Positions 25,796 to 35,492 of a stretch of 64,000 nucleotides of DNA are shown piece after piece. Each line of letters opens with the position of its first letter. Position 1 is the stretch's first letter. The DNA is from a virus. The notes under the pieces were generated by a model, which had not been told where the DNA came from, ran no database searches, and saw only the letters and a program-made list of their open reading frames with translations. The DNA lies in IMG/VR virus record IMGVR_UViG_3300025860_000003, positions 1 to 64,000 of that record. One strand, given 5' to 3'. The position numbers and the translations under genes were made by a program.

Positions 25796-27223
25796 TTACA
25801 TATTAAATCCACTGAAGTTCTTACGACCCATCTTCTTAGTCGCCCACTTCATTTGGTCATCTTCTTTCATACGCTCACCATAACCCGAATTGTCAAATAC
25901 TGGACCAGTATCAGTAACGTCTTCTTGCGCTGTCTGTTCGACATCATACAACCGCATCTTAGCTCGATCAATACCAACCATGAACCTCTTATTGGTACTC
26001 GGATCACCATAACGATTCTTCAACTGCTTGATCATTATCTGATTCATCTCGTCAAGCTCTTCAGTCACAATCAATGCCGCCATGAAGTCAGCTGTAGCAG
26101 GTAGACCAAACGATTCAGATGTATCGGTCAGCTCAATGTCGCTGCTGCCATAACCGCTTCGTGTTACCTGTGTAGCAGATACAATCGGCACGTTCTGTTC
26201 TACAGCCAACCCACGCAGCTCTTCGGCAATAGCCTTGATCAATGTATATGAATTGACATTAGACCCAGCTTTCATCCTTGAAGATGAACAGATATTCAGA
26301 TAATCAATATAGATGATGTCAGGAATAAATGACTTCTTCAGCTTCATCTCATTCAGTAGGTGACGGAAGTGACCAACACCACCCGATGCAGTAGGATATT
26401 CTTTAATGATTAACTTGCCTGCCGTCTTACCTTTAACACGCTCGATCTTCTTCTTGTACATATCCTTAGACAAGGACTTGAGATTATCGAGTGTAACATT
26501 GAGTAGATTCGCATCAATACGTTCTGCGATCTTTTCCTCAGCCATCTCCATAGTGATGTACAAAACGTTCTTGCCGTCCATAAGGTTAGCCGCACCCATG
26601 TGACACATAGCCAAAGACTTACCAGCGCCAGTACCAGCCATCAATATATTCAAAGACTTGCGAGGCAAACCGCCCCCAGTAATCTTGTTCATATACTCTA
26701 GATCAAAAGGAACACGTTCTTCCTTACGATGATAGAAATCAAACCGCTCATCAGCATCTTCAACAAAGTCATGACCGATGTTAGGATCAAACGAAACACT
26801 CAGAGCCTCGGACAACAACTCAGGTATAGCGCCCTTATCACGAACATCTTTACCAGTCCCGTCTTCATCGAGTATATTGATAGACTCCATGATAGCATTG
26901 TAGACTGCTTTCTCTTGACAAAACTTCTCGGTTGTCGCAATAAGCCAGTCTGAATCTTCAGCTTGTTCAACAGAGAGTGATGAAACTAACTCACCACACT
27001 CTGCGAACTCGCTGTCTGAAAGATTGTTCTTTGTATCAAGCTCAATCACCAATGCTTCTTTGGTGGGAAGCGAATTGTATTTATTAATAAAATTATCAAT
27101 TTGCTCATATACCGTTTTCTCAACACGGCTGGCAAAATACTCGGGCTTTAGATAGGGGAGTGTTCTCCTAGCATATATTTCATCATTCAGCAGATGTCTC
27201 AGTATCAGTGTTTCCGTCGCCAT
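25796..27223 (-). CDS. replicative DNA helicase (T4 gp41-like)
   Basis: AGTGAGKS Walker A, YITMEM, IYIDYL, SATQ, KQLKNRY. Confidence 0.95.
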   Translation of the reverse strand: MATETLILRHLLNDEIYARRTLPYLKPEYFASRVEKTVYEQIDNFINKYNSLPTKEALVIELDTKNNLSDSEFAECGELVSSLSVEQAEDSDWLIATTEKFCQEKAVYNAIMESINILDEDGTGKDVRDKGAIPELLSEALSVSFDPNIGHDFVEDADERFDFYHRKEERVPFDLEYMNKITGGGLPRKSLNILMAGTGAGKSLAMCHMGAANLMDGKNVLYITMEMAEEKIAERIDANLLNVTLDNLKSLSKDMYKKKIERVKGKTAGKLIIKEYPTASGGVGHFRHLLNEMKLKKSFIPDIIYIDYLNICSSSRMKAGSNVNSYTLIKAIAEELRGLAVEQNVPIVSATQVTRSGYGSSDIELTDTSESFGLPATADFMAALIVTEELDEMNQIMIKQLKNRYGDPSTNKRFMVGIDRAKMRLYDVEQTAQEDVTDTGPVFDNSGYGERMKEDDQMKWATKKMGRKNFSGFNM

Positions 27224-27494
27224 TCTCTATCTCTCTCAATTGCGTTTCGATAATATCTATTAGTATATCACCCATTATACCAACAACCGACTCAGAAGTC
27301 AAGTCATTTTCTTTGGGGTTTTCAATAGAAATAGTTTGGAAGTCTAACACACCTTGTCCATCTACTTCATTGAATTGGACAGTATCATACTGGTAGGTGA
27401 GTCCCTCACACTCACCCTCCAATATCTGGATAGCCCAATGATCTGAGTGATATCCTTCACCCTCGCTTTCGACTAACTTATAATTAACTGCCAT
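27183..27494 (-). CDS. gp40-like acidic protein, paralog 1
   Basis: located between uvsX and gene 41 like T4 gene 40; ILEGECEGLTYQYD. Confidence 0.55.
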   Translation of the reverse strand: MAVNYKLVESEGEGYHSDHWAIQILEGECEGLTYQYDTVQFNEVDGQGVLDFQTISIENPKENDLTSESVVGIMGDILIDIIETQLREIENGDGNTDTETSAE

Positions 27495-27774
27495 TGTCGA
27501 CCTCCTTATTCATCTCTTTCAATTTAGTCTCGATAATATCTACAAGAATATCGCCCAATATTTCTTCATTCGACTCGCTGTAGAGGTCAAGTTCCAACAC
27601 GTCACCATCGACTTCTTCACCTGTCACGTCTAAGATGTTGAAGTCAAGACAGACCTCGGCTCCATCTTCATTAATCTTGACCGAATCATACTGGTAGGTG
27701 AGTCCTTCTAACTCACCCTCCAGAATTTCTACCGCAAACTGATCTGATTCGAGTAACTTATACTTAACCGTCAT
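27484..27774 (-). CDS. gp40-like acidic protein, paralog 2
   Basis: ILEGELEGLTYQYD...ILGDILVDIIE, clearly homologous to its neighbour. Confidence 0.55.
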   Translation of the reverse strand: MTVKYKLLESDQFAVEILEGELEGLTYQYDSVKINEDGAEVCLDFNILDVTGEEVDGDVLELDLYSESNEEILGDILVDIIETKLKEMNKEVDNGS

Positions 27775-28816
27775 TTTCTAGCTCCTCTAATGCAGCAGCT
27801 TCTTCAACACCGACCTGTCCATATTTAAACTCTTTGGCGGCAGCGACTTCAAGCTGTTCCATAATCTCAGGAGTGTAATACTCAGTAGGATTATTATTGA
27901 TCGCTTTACCAAACACTTTACGACCATCAGGCAACTCATAGCGAGTCGATACTTTCTTGATGATGTCATACTTCTCAGCTAGATCAAGCAAACCATAATA
28001 CCGATCAAGACCTGTATCATACGATAACTTAACTTCAATCTTTTTCTGCTCTTTAGTGAAGCGAGACTTATGCATTGTAGCTCTGATAATGTTACCAATT
28101 ACATCAGTACCCTCTTTATCTTTCTTCTTGCCTAACATAACAATAGAAGACGCAGCATACTTCAGACCAGAACCACCAGAGATCTCCTTGGTAGGAACAT
28201 AAGCGCCAATAACATCATAGACGTGGTTTGTTACAAGTAACGGAACATTCGCCTTAGCCAGCTTCAGAGACAGTACTCGGAAAGTGCCACGAAGCAATTG
28301 AGCTTTAGTCATATCACGCTTGTCAGTACCAGCTTCAGTATCAGCTAATTCTTTGGCAGAAGATAACATACCTAACGAATCAAGAACCATCATCATCGGC
28401 GGAGCGTCTTTGCCTCTCTCAATGTATGTGGTTAGGATGCGAGTTGCGTTTGTGCGGAACTCTTCAATAGAACATGGCTCAGAGATAATAACACGCTTAG
28501 TGTCAATACCACGTTCTTCCATCATCTGTTTAGTTACAGCAGCCTCAGTGTCAAAGTAAATAACACCACCCTCTGGATTGTCTGTGAGAAACTGCTTGAG
28601 TACACCCAAAACAAAGAATGTTTTACCTGTAGCAGACTCACCAGCAAATGCGCTGATCTTATTATTAGGCACACCGCCATACAGACTCCCAGAGATAGCA
28701 GCGTTCAGAATATATGAACCTGTATCAATAGAACCTGAGAACTCGGAGCTATTTGCTCCATCATTAAGGAGAGACGTATTGTCAATCCCTTTTACCATAT
28801 CAGTTAAAAAACTCAT
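27764..28816 (-). CDS. uvsX: RecA-like recombinase
   Basis: DTGSYILNA, AGESATGKT, YFDTE, VLDSLG, GGSGLKYAAS. Confidence 0.95.
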   Translation of the reverse strand: MSFLTDMVKGIDNTSLLNDGANSSEFSGSIDTGSYILNAAISGSLYGGVPNNKISAFAGESATGKTFFVLGVLKQFLTDNPEGGVIYFDTEAAVTKQMMEERGIDTKRVIISEPCSIEEFRTNATRILTTYIERGKDAPPMMMVLDSLGMLSSAKELADTEAGTDKRDMTKAQLLRGTFRVLSLKLAKANVPLLVTNHVYDVIGAYVPTKEISGGSGLKYAASSIVMLGKKKDKEGTDVIGNIIRATMHKSRFTKEQKKIEVKLSYDTGLDRYYGLLDLAEKYDIIKKVSTRYELPDGRKVFGKAINNNPTEYYTPEIMEQLEVAAAKEFKYGQVGVEEAAALEELENDG

Positions 28817-29355
28817 CTAAAATTTTCCTCACTCGGTTTAGTTATCCAAATATTCGTAGCAAAGCATCTACGCATACCACCAGTTACAGGTGTCACACGA
28901 TGTACCTTTGCTGAATCAAATATAACAAGACGGTTAGAGACTGGTTGAATACGCTCAACATCACCCTCGCCATCTCCTCTCCTCATTTCCAGATATCCTT
29001 CATCTGGCAATCCAGTGTGCGCATAATACACAGAGCCGACATATGGCGATATTAACTCACCAGTGGCAGCACAATGCGCTTCGTCCTTATCAAAATGCCA
29101 TGGGAGATCTTGCTGTCTTCCGCCCACGGACATTATGTTGCTCCAGTACTCGACACCGTCGAAACTATCAGGGACTTCACCGAAGTCCTTACCGACAGTA
29201 GACCATATCATTGCTGTTACTCTTTCCCAGACATTACTTGGCGGAGATCCGCAACTATCAAACCAGCTATAAGGTAATGTACCTTGCCAGTTCGAGTCGC
29301 TTTGGATCTCAGCCAAGAGACGTGGGTCTTTAATGAAGTTATCAATTATAATCAT
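28813..29355 (-). CDS. 2OG-Fe(II) oxygenase (prolyl hydroxylase-like)
   Basis: IIIDNF, WHFDKDE (HxD), NRLVIFD...HRV...R. Confidence 0.85.
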   Translation of the reverse strand: MIIIDNFIKDPRLLAEIQSDSNWQGTLPYSWFDSCGSPPSNVWERVTAMIWSTVGKDFGEVPDSFDGVEYWSNIMSVGGRQQDLPWHFDKDEAHCAATGELISPYVGSVYYAHTGLPDEGYLEMRRGDGEGDVERIQPVSNRLVIFDSAKVHRVTPVTGGMRRCFATNIWITKPSEENFR

Positions 29356-29362
29356 AATGTAT

Positions 29363-29391
29363 ATTATATATCAAAGTAGATCAAAAGGCAA
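29363..29391 (-). promoter_or_regulatory. sigma70-type promoter
   Basis: TTGCCT-17 nt-TATAAT. Confidence 0.7.
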
Positions 29392-29397
29392 GCATTA

Positions 29398-29655
29398 TTA
29401 GCTATTATATATCTTGTCTATCAGGTCGCTAAACTCTTCCAGCTTGGCGTTTCTGTTTGGCCAAAATATATAATCTTTCTCTGGGTTCTTCTGAAGGTTA
29501 TTCAGTAGAGGTTTGAAGTGGTTGTATAGCTTGTTTAATTTCTCTTGAGCATCTTCTGCGGTATGATTTAGATCAGTCAAATCAGACTGCACTTTTTGGA
29601 CAGCGTCCAACTCATCTTCGGAGACGGCTGTGAAGCCAAAATCGAAATCACTCAT
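29398..29655 (-). CDS. conserved T4-like hypothetical protein
   Basis: FDFGFTAV...PLLNNLQKNPEKDYIFWPNR. Confidence 0.75.
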   Translation of the reverse strand: MSDFDFGFTAVSEDELDAVQKVQSDLTDLNHTAEDAQEKLNKLYNHFKPLLNNLQKNPEKDYIFWPNRNAKLEEFSDLIDKIYNS

Positions 29656-29834
29656 TTGGATGTACCTCTTGTGTCTTTATATTCTGTCATCAGGAAGTCT
29701 ACATTTTGACTATACCATTCCGAGAATGGAACTTTCTCATCACCCCAATCAAACCGTTCTGCCATAGCATCAGCGTATAGCCTGTGCGCGAATGTATCAA
29801 AGTCATCTAAATTCAACGTTACTCTCCTATCCAA
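29652..29834 (-). CDS. hypothetical protein
   Basis: 60-aa ORF overlapping both neighbours, GGAG RBS. Confidence 0.6.
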   Translation of the reverse strand: MDRRVTLNLDDFDTFAHRLYADAMAERFDWGDEKVPFSEWYSQNVDFLMTEYKDTRGTSK

Positions 29835-30930
29835 AAAAACTTTCTAATGAACTCTTCTTTTCTGTGCTCCAGTTAACAGAATCAAGTATCGCAATCAGCG
29901 GATCTAGAAACGCTTTCTGGAACTGGGTATCACGGTCTATGTAGGAATCCAAGTTAAACTCGCTTGGCAGTGTAGTCATCACACTAAGTACATTTTGCTG
30001 CATCGGATTAGGCATCTTGAGATAACAAAATTTGATCTTCTCGCCATCCTTAACCAGCTCATACTTTTTGGTGAGTTTCTCAGCACGCAACGCATGGTTA
30101 TACACCAACCCACCGCGAACATGGATCGGACACCCTTTAGGGATTGTTAGACCAGCACCCTCGACGACATATTTATTTAGATCAGATATTCCACGCGGAA
30201 ACGCAATCTCCTCGAAAGAGAAGTTGTTGAACTGTTTGCGGAATTCAGCAATATAATCTTGGGCATCCTGCTCACTTTTGTTCATGATAATATTGATTGC
30301 TTTCTTCAGAGCATCACGACAAACAGCTGGAGTCGAAGACTTAACAGTCTCGATACCCATCATCTTCAGCTTTGGCTCAGCATACCGAACACCCTCATTG
30401 TCATACACATTGAGCATATAACGCTTCTTGGCAGTCCAGATACCCTTATCAGCTATCGCCTCTCGCTTCATAAACATCTTCTGCGAGTGGGCATTCATTA
30501 GCTGTGCCAGTTCCTCATAACTTTTATCAATAAAAGGTTCCAGCTTCTCAGTTGCAACCTTGTCCAAGAAATTGACAACTTTGACAGGGTCACTTCCCTC
30601 TTTAAAGCATTTGCGTACAAGTGCATCGAGATTGACATAAATTGAATCTGTGTCCGATGCAATAACATAGTCAACTTCGCTTGTATCCAAGATAGTGTTG
30701 AGGTATTCATTAACTCTCCTTTCAATCCACTTAATTGATAGCTGTCCTGATAGTGTAATAGCTTCCGCTTTCCTCACATCGAAGAAGCGGAAGTATTTAT
30801 TACCAACTGCACCATACGCTGAGTTCAGCTGAACCTTTTTCGCAAGCTGCAGGTTCTTGTACTTACTTATATCTTTGACAAGTTGCTTCTTTCGATCAAG
30901 GAGATCAGCCTTACTCATAGTATCGATCAT
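29827..30930 (-). CDS. family B DNA polymerase, C-terminal subunit (gp43B)
   Basis: KVQLNSAYG motif B, SDTDS motif C, KKRY, clamp-binding SLESFF tail. Confidence 0.93.
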   Translation of the reverse strand: MIDTMSKADLLDRKKQLVKDISKYKNLQLAKKVQLNSAYGAVGNKYFRFFDVRKAEAITLSGQLSIKWIERRVNEYLNTILDTSEVDYVIASDTDSIYVNLDALVRKCFKEGSDPVKVVNFLDKVATEKLEPFIDKSYEELAQLMNAHSQKMFMKREAIADKGIWTAKKRYMLNVYDNEGVRYAEPKLKMMGIETVKSSTPAVCRDALKKAINIIMNKSEQDAQDYIAEFRKQFNNFSFEEIAFPRGISDLNKYVVEGAGLTIPKGCPIHVRGGLVYNHALRAEKLTKKYELVKDGEKIKFCYLKMPNPMQQNVLSVMTTLPSEFNLDSYIDRDTQFQKAFLDPLIAILDSVNWSTEKKSSLESFFG

Positions 30931-31202
30931 TAAAGGATAATTCCACTTGTGGCACTAAGATACGCTTTCTCAATATCAGCATTACTTGGAGTCATGAACA
31001 CCACACCACCACTAAAGAATTCAACCTCTTTCACGTCTTTCTGTCCAGTAGCGCAGACACCATGGGCAAATCCCATACCTTGCTCGCCGTGGATTAACAT
31101 GCGTGGGTCTTTGATCTTAACACCTGTTGGGCTTCGATCTTCATACTTACCTACAAACTCTCCAGTCAAAGTTACTAGAGATACTACATCACCTTTCTTC
31201 AT
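30930..31202 (-). CDS. small beta-rich (Sm/SH3-like) protein between the polymerase halves
   Basis: GDVVSLVTLTGEFVGK...IKDPR...YLSATSGIIL; coupled to both gp43 halves. Confidence 0.65.
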   Translation of the reverse strand: MKKGDVVSLVTLTGEFVGKYEDRSPTGVKIKDPRMLIHGEQGMGFAHGVCATGQKDVKEVEFFSGGVVFMTPSNADIEKAYLSATSGIIL

Positions 31203-32650
31203 AATTGTAACAACCTTTTGTTTACTAATTCAAGTTCCGCTTCGGCTTCAAGCATTTTCTTCTTGTAGCCTTTGCGCTCATTATACATCTTTTCCATCAT
31301 CTCAGGCAGAAACCCCTGCTTATCCTTTCGGAAGTAGCGACCATTACCAGCCATCGAATACTCTTCATGGGTCTCAACCTTACGATCAATTATATCCTCT
31401 ATTGACACATCAGTCAACCAATCATCTTCAACAAACGTCTCGGGAGAGATGTTGTATTGCATGATCAAGTGAGGATATAGTGAGTTCAAATCGAAACTCA
31501 TAACCCAGTTATGCATACCAACCTGCGGATCCTTAACATAAGCTCCTGCAAATTGTTCGTTCTTAAATGTCTGTTCCTTTGGAGGAATGACAATATTCTT
31601 GCTCATCAAGTAGTTGTGGATCAACGTATCCCACATTGTTACTTGAGTGAACACATCATTGTAGTTTACCTTGGCGTCATAAGCAATAGCCAGAGCACCC
31701 TCGATCAGCTTCATCTTATCTTCGAGCCTATCAACAATCTCAACATCTTTGATATTATAATCAATAAACTTTTTATAATCTTGCTTATGTAGTTGATTGA
31801 GGTTATCAAACTCGGAGTAATCAATCTTGCGCTCACCAAGCTCTACATAAGCAATGTGATCAAGTCGATAAGACTCCTGTTGCGAGTATGTAAACTTTTT
31901 GTAGAGTTGGAGATAATCCAGCGTGGCTATACCAGTCAGCTCATAGATCGTATCTTCACGATTAAAGTTCTTGATGGTACGCTCTTTGATCCAGCCATAT
32001 GGAGAGAGCCGCTTAACAAACTTATCATCAAACAGCTTACCAATACGATTCACAAGATATGGAATATCAAACCCTTCAATGTTCCAACCAGTTACGATAT
32101 CTGGATCGAGTCTCTGCCACAAAGCGACAAACGCAGATAACAAACGTTTCTCGTTGATGCAATTAACATACTTCACATCATCACGCTCACTGTCATCATA
32201 CTCGCCAACGCCCATAACATAGTATTGACGCTTGCCGTTCCTCGTCAAAGAGACGGTGATTGCAGTCACTTCTTGGTTTGCTAACTCAGGAAGCGGGAAG
32301 CCATCTTCAGAAGCAACCTCAATATCAATGTTGGCGACACGGATAGTGTCCGTATCATAATCATTACCGAACCGCTCGTTGATGCAGACATGCGCCCACT
32401 TAGTGGAACCATATGTCTTGAAGTTAGAAACACCCTCGTATTTCTGGACAAACTGTGCAGCCTCGCGGATGTCACCAAGCGCAACCTCGTCTACATAGTC
32501 GCCCTCTAGTGTTGTCCACTTAGTGGGGTTGGGTGACGGCACATACAACTTTGGGTTGTACTCAACTTTGTGGACAAAGCGTCTGCCGTCCTGATAGCCA
32601 CGGATGTTGACATTGTTGCCTCGCACATGGGCATGGGTATAAAAATACAT
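31199..32650 (-). CDS. family B DNA polymerase, N-terminal subunit (gp43A)
   Basis: DIEV exo I, GWNIEGFDIPY exo II, YNIKD exo III, SFDLNSLYP motif A; ends in the fingers helix. Confidence 0.93.
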   Translation of the reverse strand: MYFYTHAHVRGNNVNIRGYQDGRRFVHKVEYNPKLYVPSPNPTKWTTLEGDYVDEVALGDIREAAQFVQKYEGVSNFKTYGSTKWAHVCINERFGNDYDTDTIRVANIDIEVASEDGFPLPELANQEVTAITVSLTRNGKRQYYVMGVGEYDDSERDDVKYVNCINEKRLLSAFVALWQRLDPDIVTGWNIEGFDIPYLVNRIGKLFDDKFVKRLSPYGWIKERTIKNFNREDTIYELTGIATLDYLQLYKKFTYSQQESYRLDHIAYVELGERKIDYSEFDNLNQLHKQDYKKFIDYNIKDVEIVDRLEDKMKLIEGALAIAYDAKVNYNDVFTQVTMWDTLIHNYLMSKNIVIPPKEQTFKNEQFAGAYVKDPQVGMHNWVMSFDLNSLYPHLIMQYNISPETFVEDDWLTDVSIEDIIDRKVETHEEYSMAGNGRYFRKDKQGFLPEMMEKMYNERKGYKKKMLEAEAELELVNKRLLQL

Positions 32651-33108
32651 TAAGCGTCAATAGCCTCGACTTCTGTAATTTCAAGTTCGCCAATCATAAT
32701 AACGTTTGATTCCTCGCTATCATAACCCTCTTCCTCAAGGAAGAAGAATCCATCCTCATTATAACCCTCTTCAAGAGTTTCCTGCTGTTCCTTAGTGAGA
32801 TCACCGCCGACAAAATTGATGTCCACTGAAACCCCATCCCAAGTAGAACCGAATTCAAATTCCTCAAAGGAATATGGCTCAAACTCATCGTCATCTTCAG
32901 CGTATAGTGCTGCTTCCAAAGCCTCGACTTCATCCGCATTTTGCGGAATAACATTGACCGTTCCGTTGCGCCACAATACACTCACGAGCATTTTTTGCTC
33001 AGGATCATCGCAGTGGACGAATGTCTCAGTCTCAACAAAACATTTTTTATACATCGGGGAAACGCTGTATGTCTTACCAACCTTAATTTCCATCAACCCA
33101 ATTTCCAT
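32650..33108 (-). CDS. acidic hypothetical protein (paralog of 44329-44772)
   Basis: IKVGKTYSVSP...WRNGTVNVIPQNADE. Confidence 0.7.
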   Translation of the reverse strand: MEIGLMEIKVGKTYSVSPMYKKCFVETETFVHCDDPEQKMLVSVLWRNGTVNVIPQNADEVEALEAALYAEDDDEFEPYSFEEFEFGSTWDGVSVDINFVGGDLTKEQQETLEEGYNEDGFFFLEEEGYDSEESNVIMIGELEITEVEAIDA

Positions 33109-33109
33109 C

Positions 33110-33700
33110 TCACTCTCCGATTATCATATAGTAAATATCACGCCAGTTCTTGGCTCTTGTTCCATTATACTCTTTATTGTACCTGTGGTCAATCAAAATA
33201 CTCTTTAACCCAAACCGATCACCTAACTCAGCATTGGCAGGCTTATCTTCGATCCACCAACACTCGGAGTCTCTATATTGTAACAACGCTTCATCCTTAT
33301 CAGCACCACAATCAAGGCAGGTCAATAATTCAAAGACACCTTTACCGAATACCGCATCAAGATTTCTCTGTCTCAGCGCAATGGCTTTCACATCATCCGA
33401 CATAGAAGTGATACAGTGGAATACATAACCATGTTCTTCATGTAACTTGCGAACATACTTAACTGCGTCTCTGAGGGGCGGGATGTCTTCCATCCAAGCA
33501 CTCTCATTGAAGTGTCTGACCATCGGCTTAGACTCAGCACGTGTCAGCATGTATCGCTCATTGACATTATAGATATCTCTATATCCGTCTACAGGCTCAT
33601 ATCCTTTTGAATCCATCCACTTACTGAAAGCATACTCCCAGTCAAGCAGAACACCATCACAGTCAGTTAAAATGACCTTATCGTTAGTAGCGTACATCAC
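33110..33700 (-). CDS. HAD-superfamily phosphatase (T4 30.2 / 5'-nucleotidase-like)
   Basis: LTDCDGVLLDW, ITS, WIEDK motifs. Confidence 0.85.
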   Translation of the reverse strand: MMYATNDKVILTDCDGVLLDWEYAFSKWMDSKGYEPVDGYRDIYNVNERYMLTRAESKPMVRHFNESAWMEDIPPLRDAVKYVRKLHEEHGYVFHCITSMSDDVKAIALRQRNLDAVFGKGVFELLTCLDCGADKDEALLQYRDSECWWIEDKPANAELGDRFGLKSILIDHRYNKEYNGTRAKNWRDIYYMIIGE

Positions 33701-33728
33701 ATTATTACCTTATCGTTATTGAGTTGTT

Positions 33729-33757
33729 ATTATACTACATGCAACACCGACTGTCAA
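33729..33757 (-). promoter_or_regulatory. sigma70-type promoter
   Basis: perfect TTGACA-17 nt-TATAAT. Confidence 0.85.
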
Positions 33758-33955
33758 CTACTTTCCCCAAGCATCTCCAATTCCGTCGCGGACAAAGTAC
33801 AGAGAGATGAACACTAAGATCAATGTTTGTCCGAAGTAAAGCCTCTCCACAACATCAGGATCAGCAGGGTTGGTCATGCAATGATAAAAGATACCAGCGC
33901 CGATTAAGCCGAGGATACCTGTTACGAAGTTTTTCTTACTTTCAAGTTTAAACAT
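33758..33955 (-). CDS. small membrane protein
   Basis: two hydrophobic segments, AGGAG RBS. Confidence 0.65.
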   Translation of the reverse strand: MFKLESKKNFVTGILGLIGAGIFYHCMTNPADPDVVERLYFGQTLILVFISLYFVRDGIGDAWGK

Positions 33956-33967
33956 TATATCTCCTGA

Positions 33968-34390
33968 TCAATTATTTGATGTAACAAACGAGACTTCTTC
34001 TCTAATTGCTCTTAGTTCAAGTTCTAATCTAAATGCTCTAGCATAAGAGTCACCGATAGATGGCACATTTTTCAACACAGCGTTGATATGATCAGTTTCC
34101 ATATCACATAGTCTTACCCACCTCAAAGGCTGATCACCATTGATTCCATAAGTACCCCATTCGACTGCTTTACGCACCTTGTCAAACGGATCGTCATCCC
34201 AGACGCAATGATGAATCTCATCACCATTAGCTGAACATCTCACATAGTCAAGACCACCATCGATCATATATGTTTTACCATTAGCGTCTAGATGCGTCTT
34301 ATAATCATGTCGACTACGAGAGTATAACACAGTACCGTCTGGTGTTTCAAGACAATTCTTTACTAATTTCGCAACTTTTTCTTCACTCAT
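33968..34390 (-). CDS. hypothetical protein
   Basis: TPDGTVLYSRSRHDY...YMIDGGLDYVR; GGAG RBS before ATG 34390. Confidence 0.7.
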   Translation of the reverse strand: MSEEKVAKLVKNCLETPDGTVLYSRSRHDYKTHLDANGKTYMIDGGLDYVRCSANGDEIHHCVWDDDPFDKVRKAVEWGTYGINGDQPLRWVRLCDMETDHINAVLKNVPSIGDSYARAFRLELELRAIREEVSFVTSNN

Positions 34391-34391
34391 A

Positions 34392-34805
34392 CTAACTCCA
34401 GCTAATCGTCGGACGTGTATCGCCCTTTCCGTTCCAATGTATCTCACATCCACATTCTTCAATGATGGGGATGATCGCTTTTAAATTCTTAACTCCTTCC
34501 TTACTGCCATCAAAGCAGAAGCAACTACTAAACATCTGATCAGAACTCAGCATGTTAGTATGATCATACTCGAGTTCAGCATCTTCTGTTTCTTCTTCCA
34601 TTTCTTCATCATCCCAATTTTCACAGTCCTGCTCATGATTAAACAGGACTTTAGAAAGATCTACATCTTCACCTTTAAATGGACCAATGTCGTGTTCATC
34701 AGGTAGAGACATCCAAGCACAATTTGTGCAACACATCTCGCCCCAACCACAAAACCAACCGTCTTCACGGAGTCGGTCAAACAACTTTTCTAATTTATTG
34801 CTCAT
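34392..34805 (-). CDS. hypothetical protein
   Basis: 137-aa ORF with CCTNCAW motif, packed in the operon. Confidence 0.7.
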   Translation of the reverse strand: MSNKLEKLFDRLREDGWFCGWGEMCCTNCAWMSLPDEHDIGPFKGEDVDLSKVLFNHEQDCENWDDEEMEEETEDAELEYDHTNMLSSDQMFSSCFCFDGSKEGVKNLKAIIPIIEECGCEIHWNGKGDTRPTISWS

Positions 34806-35004
34806 CGCGGTTTGGCTCCTTAATGCTTGCTTTAAACTTAGCCATCAATTCAGCATCGCGTTTTCTAGCACGGGCTTGTCCAGCCAGTCGTGCGGCGGTC
34901 TTTTCTTTCTCGAGAAGATACAAACAACACACAAATCCAATAACAATCACGACAGCCAACAAAATCATTGTTGCGGTCAGTAAGCTACTCAATAACGTTC
35001 CCAT
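34795..35004 (-). CDS. small membrane protein
   Basis: N-terminal TM helix then basic tail. Confidence 0.6.
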   Translation of the reverse strand: MGTLLSSLLTATMILLAVVIVIGFVCCLYLLEKEKTAARLAGQARARKRDAELMAKFKASIKEPNRDEQ

Positions 35005-35006
35005 AA

Positions 35007-35492
35007 TCAGTACCCTTTCGCGACAAGTGTATATTGAGATTGGTCATATCTTGGAGGTTCATACGTGTTTAAACATTCTGCGTCTTCTCCTAATACAACA
35101 CATTTATAATTTTCACGACCACCTTCAGCAGTCATAGTGTAGTTTTCCACTACTGGCTTTGCCCAGTGGGTGGGTCTACGAGTAGCAATCCAGTTGCCAT
35201 TCTCGTACTTGAGAATCCAAGGTTGCTCATAGTCGTCCCAAGGTGTAGCAACATCATCGACAAAAGTAAAGTCGAGAATGAACTCCTGAAAGAACTCATC
35301 ACTACGCTCTATCAATTTGGATAGCGTAGGAATACCCTCCTTGCGGATTTTAGAAACTTGAGCCGAACTCAGATTCTCTACCACATAGGTAGAGCCGCCC
35401 TTATTCTTCCAGTACTCCAGACATTCACCTGTACCATCCCAATCGTGGGCACCGTAGTTTTCTCTGTGCTGAGTATCAATAATCAATTTCAT
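35007..35492 (-). CDS. hypothetical protein
   Basis: TQHRENYGAHDWDGTGEC...YWKNKGG. Confidence 0.7.
   Translation of the reverse strand: MKLIIDTQHRENYGAHDWDGTGECLEYWKNKGGSTYVVENLSSAQVSKIRKEGIPTLSKLIERSDEFFQEFILDFTFVDDVATPWDDYEQPWILKYENGNWIATRRPTHWAKPVVENYTMTAEGGRENYKCVVLGEDAECLNTYEPPRYDQSQYTLVAKGY

Noticed and set aside
29827-32650. intein or group I intron in the polymerase
   Set aside because: no Cys/Ser...His-Asn splice termini, no homing endonuclease motif, and no non-coding space around the insert
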